The translations under genes and the position numbers were made by a program. Source: Nemertoderma westbladi (lineage: Eukaryota; Animalia; Xenacoelomorpha). From it: DNA of 64,000 nucleotides. This document shows positions 12,401 through 23,142 of this stretch, piece by piece; the first letter of the stretch is position 1; each line of letters begins with the position of its first letter. Where the stretch lies: assembly GCA_032718475.1 (NCBI GenBank), contig JAUCBJ010008128.1, forward strand, positions 1 through 64,000, in the 5' to 3' direction. The notes below the pieces were generated by a model. That model did not search any database. It saw only the letters and a list, made by a program, of their open reading frames with translations, and was not told where the DNA came from.

Positions 12401-14408
12401 CGATATTTTGCTGCACTTCTTGCAACTCTAACTTACTTTCCCTTACTGTGCCCTTGAACTGCTGGACAGTCTCCTGCATCTGTCCGAGCAGGATATCCAT
12501 CCCCCGCCATCTCTCGTCCACCCATTCGACCGCCGAAGCGGGAGTCGCCAACGTTGTAGCGGGCGGACGAGGGACAACGGGCGACAAATTATGAATATTT
12601 CGCTCGGGGTCCAGGACCTGAACTGTCCCCTGGGCAGTTCTACGGGGCACAGGTAGCTTAGTGCTATGCAGAGGGAATTTAGAGGTAGTTTCAGGGAGCA
12701 CAGGTGTGTCTATCACCAAAGGGGTGATTTCAAGAACAGGCCTAATTATTTCAGGCTCATCTACTATAGTAGGGAGTCTTTCTATTTTAATTATTTGGTC
12801 TGTGGGTTCTGTACTGCCTAAGTTGGTGCTATTTAGTTGCCTTCTAACAGCTGGAGGCATATCAGGCAATTTCTGACGGTGGAATGTTCTTTTACGTCTG
12901 CTTAGACGAGATCTATTTCCTTTGCCTTCGGTATCGGTGGTATCGCCTTCCTCAGATGATGTATAACCTTGTCGTTTGGGAGTAGATCGATTCATCATCT
13001 GCATATTACTAGCTGTTAACTGTTTATTAAAGTTATCTTGCCTCTCTTGAAGATTTTCCAACTCTAGTTGGGTTGTCTCTTCAGATGCCCTCCGTTCTGC
13101 TTCTGCCACTGCTATCTTTCTTTCCGCTTCTGCCGCTGCCGCTTTCCTTTCCGCAGCTGCCGCTTTTGCCTCTGCCGCTGCCTCTGCTGCCTTTCGTTCC
13201 GCTTCTGCCGCTGCCACTGCCGCTGCTGCTGTCTTTCTATCTTCTATACGTTTTTTCTTTACTTGTTCTTCTTGAACCTTGGCGATGCGGAGTTGTTCAT
13301 CGAATTTAGCTTGGTTCGCCGCTAACCTATCCACATCAATTGCATCTAACACAAGTTTGGCTCCTTCGCTGTTAGGGCTAAGTCCCTCCAGCCTTCTCCT
13401 CAACTCGTCATCTCCTAAAAAACGCTGATAGTCTGACAGATAGATGTCAATGGCATCCTTCTTATGCGGTTTCTCTGCCGTCGCTTCACTTTCCACTTGG
13501 GAAAAAGTAGCGTCTGTTGATTCTCCATGGGTTGAGCGCTCCTCCAACTGAGCTTTCCACTGAGCTGCTCCTTGAACCTGGCGACTCACCCGTTGAAACC
13601 AAGTCTTTACGGCAACTTGCAACGACGTGTCTTGTTTTCTTTTAGAAGCCTCCTCAAAGGCGGATAAGATTAGCCTAATCCGCAGAACTCTTTCTCTAAC
13701 TTGATAAAGCAGCTGTCCCTGCTCTTGAGGTCCTTGAGGTTGTTTAAACAGTTGTTTTTCTACTCGCTCCATAGAGCTGAAGAATCCCTGTGTGTATCCG
13801 GCTGCGGACCTCTTCCACACAGCTGGATCGATGGTTTCCTTGGCTACTCCCATCCGGTGTATGTCTTCCCAGGCAGCTTCTGATAAATCAAACGGGAGTC
13901 CGGGTCCGGGGAAGTTCCATTGCGACTCGACAATAGACTTCAATTCTTCCCTCGTGTATGCCGCATAACTATCTCTAGTTGGTCGTTGACTTCTCGCCCA
14001 ATCGATCTGGTGTTCTTCCACCGCGATCAATAACCTAGTGAGTACGGCTGCAGGAAGGATGAGAAGGGGATCCGTATAAACTGCATCCGTCATCTCTGCT
14101 CCGCGCTCGGGTGTCAGCTCTACAGTATCCTCACTACTGGAGCTGCTGGGCCGCTGAGTAACAAGCTCCTGACTCGAGGGTTGTTGCTGTTCCGCTGCTT
14201 CTTGGTCCCGCTTGACCTGAGCTCGGGTGCCTATGATAGACCTATGATGTTGGACTAGCCTAGGTTCTGTTATTACTACTGGAGGGATGACCTTCCTCAC
14301 AGTGGGAGGTGAACTGAACTTACGACTAGGTGGTTCTACGCCTCTATCTGAGTCGCAGATAGTTACATCTAATATACTGTCTGAAAGGTTCTGCTTAGTA
14401 TCAGACAT
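9495..14408 (-). CDS. BEL/Pao Gag-aspartic protease polyprotein with RNase H C-terminal remnant
   Basis: BEL gag core (KFNGDEMKWLPF...EKLRFLIECLEG), three knuckles (CVLCDGPHRLNAC, CYNCLRRGHQRRTC, CAKCGAKHHILLH), ALLDSGST protease, RTRVGWYLTGP, then QWRYCPKKFNPTDIASRG...PDFL...WP. No YxDD and no integrase core. Confidence 0.9.
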   Translation of the reverse strand: MSDTKQNLSDSILDVTICDSDRGVEPPSRKFSSPPTVRKVIPPVVITEPRLVQHHRSIIGTRAQVKRDQEAAEQQQPSSQELVTQRPSSSSSEDTVELTPERGAEMTDAVYTDPLLILPAAVLTRLLIAVEEHQIDWARSQRPTRDSYAAYTREELKSIVESQWNFPGPGLPFDLSEAAWEDIHRMGVAKETIDPAVWKRSAAGYTQGFFSSMERVEKQLFKQPQGPQEQGQLLYQVRERVLRIRLILSAFEEASKRKQDTSLQVAVKTWFQRVSRQVQGAAQWKAQLEERSTHGESTDATFSQVESEATAEKPHKKDAIDIYLSDYQRFLGDDELRRRLEGLSPNSEGAKLVLDAIDVDRLAANQAKFDEQLRIAKVQEEQVKKKRIEDRKTAAAAVAAAEAERKAAEAAAEAKAAAAERKAAAAEAERKIAVAEAERRASEETTQLELENLQERQDNFNKQLTASNMQMMNRSTPKRQGYTSSEEGDTTDTEGKGNRSRLSRRKRTFHRQKLPDMPPAVRRQLNSTNLGSTEPTDQIIKIERLPTIVDEPEIIRPVLEITPLVIDTPVLPETTSKFPLHSTKLPVPRRTAQGTVQVLDPERNIHNLSPVVPRPPATTLATPASAVEWVDERWRGMDILLGQMQETVQQFKGTVRESKLELQEVQQNIALERDKLVNLQKGIPPPPVTMCQPVRSEVSHAQGVEPTRIYTASEVETPIVNPIKGNYRPVDNDIPYRTDHNPRNLYTDNSILNKTMAQESFTRQMARTEARQAVKVGEIVKFNGDEMKWLPFNEYYKDNIQNSVLSNGEKLRFLIECLEGPPKSMALKFIGHPEGLRQVWDTLNIRYGNKDNIAKYLYAKLVAPRNFLSSGIIEFSDEIQEICRQLDWLGKSYEYQNSMVVGALASTLSKGGVGTRWDKKVLYMMEQQQRDPTMADLMSFLDSEVKLQLIKQSREKTAESKVSEKPVSRRRVIPVCYTDDGESQTSQGEDSGKDTDRSYVNKMPKDQVSKSKSRPNDRREPVQKTPPTSPKRIQVRKPEERTSVHHTAHVKVSNIKPKCVLCDGPHRLNACDKFLRKSLKDRREVMWDKRLCYNCLRRGHQRRTCNSDARCAKCGAKHHILLHTEFERNSPSQVSESELHVQFSDVNDTDQSEMEGFYTDEFSDQNESCYLINTTAVYRTLVYEKDTDSDLTLTTSDQQPSWKTPTSNIGIREFPVVQLRVHGPQKSYIVNALLDSGSTGTFIDKELAEVIFAGQPKFRTKLNMSGIMQVWNSTVAADYYIGELSTPQDKLGEYSIRSVKMVAIKNFATTQADLYNWDEDESIQHLNIPRFQTDYPGVQILIGQNAHEALETLEKRPAQPQPLQTYAVRTRVGWYLTGPSRRTLRERLLQDRVCQVSEWEDDTSEGDDPTEGTPHSADNDNLSSNVDQWRYCPKKFNPTDIASRGATPQELTDTIDRLGEPDFLSKENEWPPHLTPTEIRPAKGAEKVEPETRTGGSELFEPGIDLSVLHVARDDAVDLGLPTASGSFMKIRESDWSSGTSDVSQGLSPLLQRAMDHYSSWNRLCDAVIYFERCFYRHYSRTKRKPGIVFGMQRLNHPVGRLCLPEGNGGLSGNCGRQDSLHTTTSLILQTSRDSIT

Positions 14409-15173
14409 GTTTATGTATACAGTTGAATATCTACTGCTGTATCACAGTCTGAGCAAGTCTAGTAACTCAGTATTAACTGCTAGCCTAGTAATTAATTACC
14501 GATACTGCTACTCAGTGTAGCGTGATATATATAATATATTAAATACCTGTATGCTTATAGTATATATAAGTATTATTACAGACTAGGTTTATCACAGAAT
14601 ACCGGTATAATTTTAGCACAAATATATATAAATATATAATAGGCCTATCGGGAATACCGGTATACAGCTTACAGTTTGTAGTATATATAATTCTGGACTA
14701 GAATTAATTACAAGTACCGGTATAATTTCAGCCTAAATTTATAGAAATAAAGATAATAGGCCTATCGTAAATACCGGTATATCAATTATTTTAAATAATT
14801 GAATTTCTGATTTTATTACCGTTATTTGAGCAGTAATCCAACTGATATTGAGACCTAATGGTTATATGGTAGGCCTACTATTTATAAATCGTTAGATTTG
14901 ATTTATATTATATATATACCCGTTTTAATGGGTTTTGTCAATGTTTGAAATAAATGTTATTATTTCTGGGGAGTAATCACTACACAAAGCGGTGCGCTTT
15001 CAGTGAAGTGTTACTTATAGGACACTAAAACAAATAATGCTAATTTACCTAAGTTACTTAATACTACAAATTACGTACAATTCGGGTGAGATTACAATCT
15101 CTAAATAAACATAAAAATTTACAAAACACAAAATACGAATTTTTAGGGTAATTTTACAAGAAGTCTACAAACC

Positions 15174-16284
15174 TACTAGGATCGGCATGCTGCATTGCAG
15201 CTGCATTTTTAAGAATGCTGTGCCGGCTTGTCAACAAAATTGCACCGCCACAACTCCCTATCACCCATGACATTTGCTAGATCATCCGCATCTTTAAGGC
15301 CAGTGTCCTTTAAGATGCGTCTCAAGAAAGTCATGGGCTGTCCACCATGCTTATTCACTCCATGAGGCTGCCAAAGTACAAGATTATGCACTGGCTGGTC
15401 CTCACGGCGAAAGCAATGTCCTGCAAAGCGGAGGCGATTTTGTTCTAGTGTCAAGCTTGGGGGAACCAATGAGACACCTCCAATGTTATATAGTGTCTGG
15501 TTGGAGATGTGTGCATTGTACTTGACACAATGTACCCGGCGTAGCATTCTTGTGAATGTGCCATCCAGAGATTTGGTGTCCTCAGCAGTTAGAGCCCAGC
15601 ATGGACTCCCGTAGAGGAGTACTGGAACTACTGCTGCTCTAAATAATCGGACCTTAAGTTTCCGATTAATTCTAGGTGACTTCCAAATCCTGGAAAGCCT
15701 ATTCAAGGCTGCCCATGCCTTTCCCTTACGTATTCGAAGGTCCTCACCTGACTTCCGGATCCATGATCCCAGGTAACAGAAGTCGTCAACATGCTCAAGC
15801 ATACCATCCTTTGAGCTTATGCTCATCCGATCAGAGACTTGCTGAGGACTTTCAAAGTTAACTGTCAGAATTTTGGTCTTTCTGGAGTTAATAAAAAGAC
15901 CAACACTAGAAGCAGCATGTTCTAATGAGCTGAGGAGCCGTTGGGCTCCCTCTAATGATTCTGAGAGTACTCCTAAGTCATCAGCAAAGTCTAGATCAGT
16001 TAGGTACTTGGCAGGATTTCCTCGACTTCTGGAGCCAGTAGGTGGAGTTATCATCACCCCATCATCATTATGATGATCTAAGGACATGCGTAGAACATAG
16101 TCAACCACAATAATGAACAAGAATGGTGCAAGTGTGTCTCCTTGGAGGACGCCCCATAACACTTCAAATGGTTCTGTGTCACCGTCAACAGTAGACACAA
16201 ATGTTGTCGAACCATCGTATACTGATCTGATTGCTGCAATAATTTCATCAGGAATCCCATATAATGAAACAAACCAGCCGGCTG
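15174..16284 (-). mobile_element. 5'-truncated RTE-clade LINE (copy 1)
   Basis: GVLQGDTLAPFLF, DLDFADDL, FCYLGS, RLRFAGHC motifs (ORF 15209-16198); (TAG)n tail; 11-bp TSD GTCTACAAACC at 15163-15173 and 16285-16295; empty site visible in B2 near 42520. Confidence 0.92.
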
Positions 16285-16849
16285 GTCTACAAACCAGCCT
16301 AACAAAGGGTTAGAATTCTGGTTATTACAACGGACAGGGTAATGCGGTATTTGAAATAATAAGTAGTAGTAAATACACTGCGTTGTCCAGATAGGAAAAT
16401 ACCACCGCCTGACGACCTATAGCCGTATCGCTATAGGTTCTACGTTATGTATCACGGAGTGTTCCTACCTAGAAGTTAATAGAGCTAATCGAACGTGCCT
16501 ATTAACCACTTTACAACACAAATATAATGCCTACACTAATTACTTCGGAAAGTACTGTACACTAAACCCTAAATTAGGTACGAGTACTTGTACAACAGAT
16601 AATCAGTAGTTAAATATACTTGAACAGCTAAAAGAACCACGGCATCTGCTGGAGTGACCGATGCACAAAATCACCAGTCTTTACCTACGCCAAGCAGCCC
16701 GTGTAGTACCGGGGTTAATTTAACTATAACGGTATGTATAACAAACACAATTATTGTAGGAACAAACTTGGGGAATGAATGTTGCGAATAATCGCATAAA
16801 CTCTGAATAATAAATATTACGCTACGCGTACAAACTACTCAAACAAAAT

Positions 16850-17390
16850 GCAGACCGAACACTGACAGACTACCATCAAACCTAAACAAACTACGGTATA
16901 TGCAGACTCCGAAATAATTAGGTAGTATGCGTTCTAACCCAGTAGTACGACTTATTCTTTAATTGGGGGTTTACCTTACAGCGTTCGCTGCGCCTACTTC
17001 CTAACCGTTCTTTATCGGACAAGTGATCTACACACGCTGCAATCCGCTCAGACCTAATAACAGCCAGACAACTATCCAGCCTACAAATTATCTAAATAAA
17101 ATTATACGCTACCCGTACAGACTTACACAAACAAAGTACAGACTAAACGATGGCAGACTACTCTCAAGCCTAAACAAACTACAGGACATGCAGACTCCGA
17201 AATAATTAGGTAGTATGCGTTCTAACCCAGTAGTACGACTTATTCTTTAATTGGGGTTTACCTTACAGCATTCGCTGCCCCTACTTCCTAACCGTTCTTT
17301 ATCGGACAGGTGATCTACACACACTGCAATCTGTTCAGACTTAACAGCAATCAGACAACAGCTCAGCCTACAAATTGTCTGTACAATCTG
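16850..17390 (-). repeat. ~288-bp tandem duplication in the B1 leader
   Basis: GCAGACTCCGAAATAATTAGGTAGTATGCGTTCTAACC at ~16902 and ~17190. Confidence 0.85.
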
Positions 17391-17648
17391 ATCAGGTTTA
17401 CACGCCTTCTGTTCAATACTGGCCTACAAACAAATAAAACTTGCAGAAATAAGTAAACTTTACAAAAGAATGAGGGGTGATCAATCCCTATTCCCCTGTC
17501 AGCCTACAGTATACAATAGATCACAATCGAATAATACTGCTGTACCTGTACTGTTGTAGGTACCGGTCCGGATGATCAGGCAGTCAGGCCTACTGGTTAC
17601 CGGTCGACCGGTACTTTCGACTAGATTGCTTACACCGCAATCCAGAAG

Positions 17649-17661
17649 ATATATCCGTTAT
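17649..17661 (-). promoter_or_regulatory. Non-tRNA primer-binding site of B1 (candidate self-priming site)
   Basis: Sense ATAACGGATATAT flush with the 5' LTR; exact 13-nt complement in the LTR at 6147-6159. Confidence 0.7.
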
Positions 17662-18588
17662 TGTTCGCGCTTTCAGACCTTTGGCAGTTTAACCCGCCAA
17701 ATTAGGATGTCTTCTAGATAATAAATCACCTTTAGCCTATGACAAGTATTTAATTCACTACACTAGTCGAAACCAATCTGTGCGCGATCATTCACCCGTT
17801 GGATATACCCGGGAGATTGGGTTCGACGGCTTAATTTTATTGCTATGTAAGCCTAATGTATTATTCGACTGACAGTATTATATAATCTCTGACAATATTA
17901 TTCACCTTCGGGAAATATTAACAGTTCCTTTAGGATGTGGCGCTCTATCTATATAAACAGAGTTATGACTTAAACTACTCACAACGATATGGCTTAGTTA
18001 CAATTCACATATATGGCGCATTCTTTAGGAAATGCTTCGTTATCAGTCTCACTCATACACAATGCTGCACAATACTGCACACTGATCTGCCGATCTTCAC
18101 TGATTTTAGTCACATATAAAAGGAACATGGACCGAATCATGTAGGGTCTATCAAATAACATTAGATTCACTTCAAACCACTCAACATAGGTCGCAATCAT
18201 TTATCTGTAACCTTTCTCTCTTACCTTCGGTATATCAAGAATATTGGGTTTTCGGGGTTATTTGTCGTTATTCCAAATATAATAATTCATCAACCATATT
18301 ATGAAGAACTGACAGTAAATAGCAGTACAACAGTATAAAAGTATGTAAAAATATCAGCTGCTAGCCGTCGTCATGGTAGCGACACTGTTTTCAAGAGTAT
18401 CGAGCTGTTACGTCACGGAATTACGGATTATGTCCTCTAAAGTACAAATACAGAAGAAATAGCTTTTATGTCCGCTAAAACACCAGTACAGCAAGGACAC
18501 GGCCTTTTTATGCCTGGTAAACCAACTACAGAGTATTTACGGGAAAAATAAGGAAAGATAACCGGACAATTCAGCAAAAGCTTTTACA
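17662..18588 (-). repeat. 5' LTR of B1 (927 bp, internal deletion)
   Basis: Matches 5410-6479 but lacks the segment 6094-6240. Confidence 0.95.
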
Positions 18589-18593
18589 GGGGG

Positions 18594-21500
18594 ATCGCAA
18601 GTATCCCCAGCGGCGTGCGATCGAGCAGAGAGAGGCAGGTTGACGTCGCGAGAGGGCGGACGGAGCGTCGAGCCCGATCAGAAGAGGGAAGAAGAACAGT
18701 GGAGTTTAACCGGGAGGTCGACGAGAGATCTCACGAGCGGGAATACTGCACTGAAAGAAGAAGAAGAGAAGACGGTAGGAGAAGTATCGCCGCGAACGAT
18801 AGAAGAGCGAGGACGGATAGTGAGCCGTCGGTAGTTGAGATGGAAGGAGAGAGTCGCTGGGGTCGAACTACGGGAGATTGCCGTCGCCCCAGAGAGATGC
18901 GACCCGACGAGGCGCACTACGCGTCGAGAGAGGGGTACATGATGTACCGGCACGAAGATGAGAGCAGTAGAGGGGGTGGAAGAGAAACTTTCCGACGGGA
19001 TATACCTGCCGATCGAGAATACGGTAGCCGCGGGGAGGATTATTCGAGAAGAATAAACTTCGATCCCGAGCAACACATACAGACTGTAGGACATACTGTA
19101 GGCCTTACTGCACATACCATAGGCCATGCTGACAGAGGCAATGTAGGCGATAGGATAGCGCGGACGACGGGATTAAACCCGGAAGTTGCGGAATACATTC
19201 CGGTAGGTAGGCCAGAAGCGGATAGGCCTATACCGGTACCAGTGCAGCAGTATGACTACAGCACCAAAGGATATAACATATACCCAGGGGAGGGGGGAAT
19301 TATTGCGGATAGATGCATGGGCCCCAATATATTAACATCAACCCCAGTACCAAACATACTGGTGGGGGGGGGGGGGGGACAGGGTGACATTCCCCCATCA
19401 CAATATCAACAATATACCCCGATAGGCGAGTCCCTTGGATGAAAATAGGTCGTGTGACACAGAAATATGGAGGGGGCCGCTACCCCCAATGACATACCCA
19501 AGTCAAAGGAAATCAGGAAATAGGACGGACAGACAGCACCAGACAGGAGAAACCATACAGCATCCATCGAACCCATTGGAAGCGCAGGCGATGGGGATGG
19601 CCACGTTAATCGATGCGTTGAAAACGAGGATCGAATTACCGCCCGTGGAACCATTCAAATTCGATGGGAGTAGGCCGGAAGAATATCTACAGTTTCGGCG
19701 TATGTACAGTAACGAAATACTAACAAAGAACTTAATGCAGGCGGAGTGCCTAAAATATCTGCAAGTATACACGGGAGGCCCAGCATACGATATCGTGAGG
19801 CAATATCAAGGCATAGAGGGCGGCTTCACGACAGCATGGCGGGCACTGGACAGGGAATACGGGCACCCGGCCAAGATCATCAGGCAAACACTGATAGGCA
19901 TAACATCGGGTGGCCTACAGGATAACCCCGTTAGCATTAAGACATTTGCTAACAAAGTCGAAAAGGCGCTAATCATGCTAAAGACGCTAGACGCACCATA
20001 CGAGCTCAACGCGTCCAATAATATCACCACGATAGCGCAGGTACTACCGATCTGGCTGCGCAACAAGTGGAGAAAAATCGCCTTCTCCACTCGAGATAGA
20101 AAGGGTGCGGAACCGGGTATAAAAGAAATGTCAAACTTCTTAAATTACGAAGCTGAACTAATAACCGACCCAGTCTATAGTGAAGATAGCCTGGGAAAGG
20201 GACCAAAGACGGATTACCATAGACCGAAACCAGAGCATAACACATCAAACGCATTACCGAGGCTCATGCAATCATTGCTATATGCAGCGACGCAGGGGAC
20301 TACGAGTCCACAGCTAGCCGAAGACAAGACCACACCATGGAACGGACAGGGGAACAATAACAACACGAATAAATATAACCCCAGTACGTCCAGTAGGCCG
20401 AATGCAAACAATAAGAATAGTAGGGACTTTGATACAAACACAGCTGCGATACGCGATGCACTGCATAAGGACGGCTGAATGCGCTTCATAAAACCATGAA
20501 CTGCAGGTACTGGCAAGCACTACCCAGAGAAGATCAGGTAGAATATGCGGCGAGAAATGACATCTGCTCGCGATGCGTGATGAGTGGACATAAGGATAGG
20601 CAATGCAAAGAGACGCCGGTCAAGTTCGGTCAGAGGAAAGGCCAAACAATGGCAATGAGCACGGTAGGGGCGAAGAAGAGAGGAACGGGCCTACTTGGGG
20701 TAGTACCAGTGCGAGTGATTGGAGAAGGCAATCGATCAGTAACCACACTGATGCTGGTTGATAGTGGAGCTGCCTTCACATTAGTCGAGGAATGGGTGGC
20801 CGAAGAGATAGGATTGAGAACGAGGCCAAGCAGAATGGCGGTAACAACCATCTCTAGCAAAGATGAGATCCTGGAGATGAGGACCGGATGGTGCGCAATT
20901 GCAGCGATGGCACCGGGATGCGACTACGGGGTGACCATCGACCCTGTCCAAGTGATAGAGTCAATTAACATCAATGCCAGGCGGCCAACCAATATCGAGG
21001 TCGAGCAATATAAATTCCTGGACGACATTGACTTCTCAATCCCAGAAGTGGACGTTAGGAAGGTATCCATCATAGTAGGAATGGACTGCCCAACGGCCCA
21101 CGAAAGAATGCAAACGGTCTTCGGCGAAGACAAACAGTGTGACCCGGTGGCGATATTAACACCATTCGGGTGGACACTGACAGGCCCAATTAGAAGTAAT
21201 ATACCATTCCATGTGTCTGAGAGTTCAGGATGCATGGTGCCAGGAACTATTGACGAGATAGAGGAGAGGCCAGAGACGGGCAATAGTGGTAGACAGCTAC
21301 AAGTGGAAGCAACACCAAGAGAGTGGGCGGAGGAGAATGGCATGGATGCAGAAGATCTAGAGATGATGGGTTGGAACAGGAGTCCCAGCAAGAATCGGTA
21401 TGGAGATGGAGAGGAGCGGACGGCGAAATGTCCGGGGGACAGGCCGGAGGAGTGTCCAGAAGAGATGCCGGTCCGGTTGGGAGGCATGCCGACAAGGGGG

Positions 21501-22058
21501 AGGCCGAGCAGGAGGACTAAATGGAAAGGGAGAAGATTTGAGACAACCAAACCAGGGGCTGAGAAGCCCGTGGGTGGGCATGTGATGGACGAAGGAGCCG
21601 GGAAAGTAGGAGGCGTGCTGCATACGCACGCGGGACTGACAGAGTGTGAGGGGGCATTACATGGACAGAGATCGTGTGTACCGAAGGACGAACGGGGGTC
21701 GTCGAGGCCTTTAATGCCAGCACACATATTAAGGGGGAGGCCAGCAGAGGTGGCATCTAAGATTAAGGAGAAGAACAGGGGCGGCATTATACCGCCGGGC
21801 GACACGTTGAAGGGTGGCACTTTGCCGCCAAGGGACGACCACGAGAAATTTAGCAACATAAATAACAGACAGCATTTCCAAAGGAGACAGGAGAAAAGAC
21901 CACCTATCGAATTGACAAGGATAGCGGAGCGAAGAATTAGAGAACCTATAGGGGGGCAGTGGGAGAGTTGCCTGCTGGAGGAATCACCCCTTAGGTCGCT
22001 GAGTCGTCCAATAAGTTGGACCAAGATGAAAGAATTAGATCCGCAGAAGTGCGGGTAG
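18594..22058 (+). pseudogene. Gag core, zinc knuckles and protease of element A with vestigial pol tail
   Basis: LPPVEPFKFDGSRPEEYLQFRR...LKYLQVYTGG, CSRCVMSGHKDRQC, MLVDSGAAFT, LTPFGWTLTGP; three ORF pieces joined by frameshifts; no RT motifs. Confidence 0.85.
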
Positions 22059-22199
22059 AGGTGTTACCTGTCTGTTAGAAGGGGCACCTTAATTTGGAGT
22101 TAAAGAGAGTTTAGTCGTCCAAGTTTTGGACTGAGGGGGTGGGATTGAGGGCGAGACGCCCTTCCCACACATAAAAATAAAAAATAAATAAATAAAAAT

Positions 22200-22722
22200 T
22201 AGAGTTAGTTAGTTCGGAGTCAGTTAGAAGGTACGTAGTACCTAGAGTTAGTTAGTTAGGAGGTACGTAGTACCGTCAGTTAGTAGAGTTAGTTAGTTAG
22301 AAGGTACGTAGTACCGTCAGTTAGTAGAGTTAGTTAGTTAGGAGGTACGTAGTACCGCTAGAGAGTTGGAGGGTACGTAGTACTGCTAGTTAGAGAAGAG
22401 TTAGAGGGTACGTAGTACCGTTAGTTAGAGAGTTAGAGGGTACGTAGTGCCGTTAGTTAGAGAGTTAGAGGGTACGTAGTACCGCTAGTTAGAGAGTTAG
22501 AGGGTACGTAGTACCGCTAGTTAGAGAAGAGTTAGAGGGTACGTAGTACCGTTAGTTAGAGAGTTAGAGGGTACGTAGTACCGTTAGTTAGAGAGTTAGA
22601 GGGTACGTAGTACCGTTAGTTAGAGAGTTAGAGGGTACGTAGTACCGTTAGTTAGAGTGTTAGAGGGTACGTAGTACCGCTAGTTAGAGAAGAGTTAGAG
22701 GGTACGTAGTACCGTTAGTTAG
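22200..22722 (+). repeat. ~32-bp minisatellite inside element A
   Basis: GTTAGAGGGTACGTAGTACCGTTAGTTAGAGA-type units, about 14 copies, each with hairpin GGTAC-GTA-GTACC. Confidence 0.9.
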
Positions 22723-23142
22723 CTAAGGAGAGTAAGAGTCAGTAAGAAAGTATATAGTACTAGTTAGTAAGAGAAAGAAATAGAGGTAGTAGGGTATATA
22801 CAGATATAGATATCAGTTAGTAGTTAGTAGCAAGAGGGGGGCATATGAGTACAGCTGGATAAATCGTGTGGCCACACGACGCATACTGTTGTACTGCATA
22901 GGCCCACAGAGTAGGCCAGAATGTGGATTAGGAGATAGAATAACCCATAGGCAGTAGCAAATAATAGAAATAGTAGGACAATAGGATTGAAATCAAAATA
23001 AAGTTAAAATAGAATAGAATAGGGCTAAGAAGGGGAACAAAATTATGATAACAGTAGTAAGAATGGGCAATAACTCAGAAACTCAGAAAGAAATAGGCCA
23101 TCGAACTGAACTTAAACCACCTAAACCCATCACTCACCACGT

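Larger units (their letters stand above)
5410..18588 (-). mobile_element. BEL/Pao-like LTR retroelement B1 (Gag-protease, no RT/integrase), nested in gag of A
   Basis: LTRs 5410-6479 and 17662-18588, TSD GGGGG (5405-5409, 18589-18593), purine tract GGGAGTGG before the 3' LTR on the minus strand, 1637-aa ORF. Confidence 0.93.
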
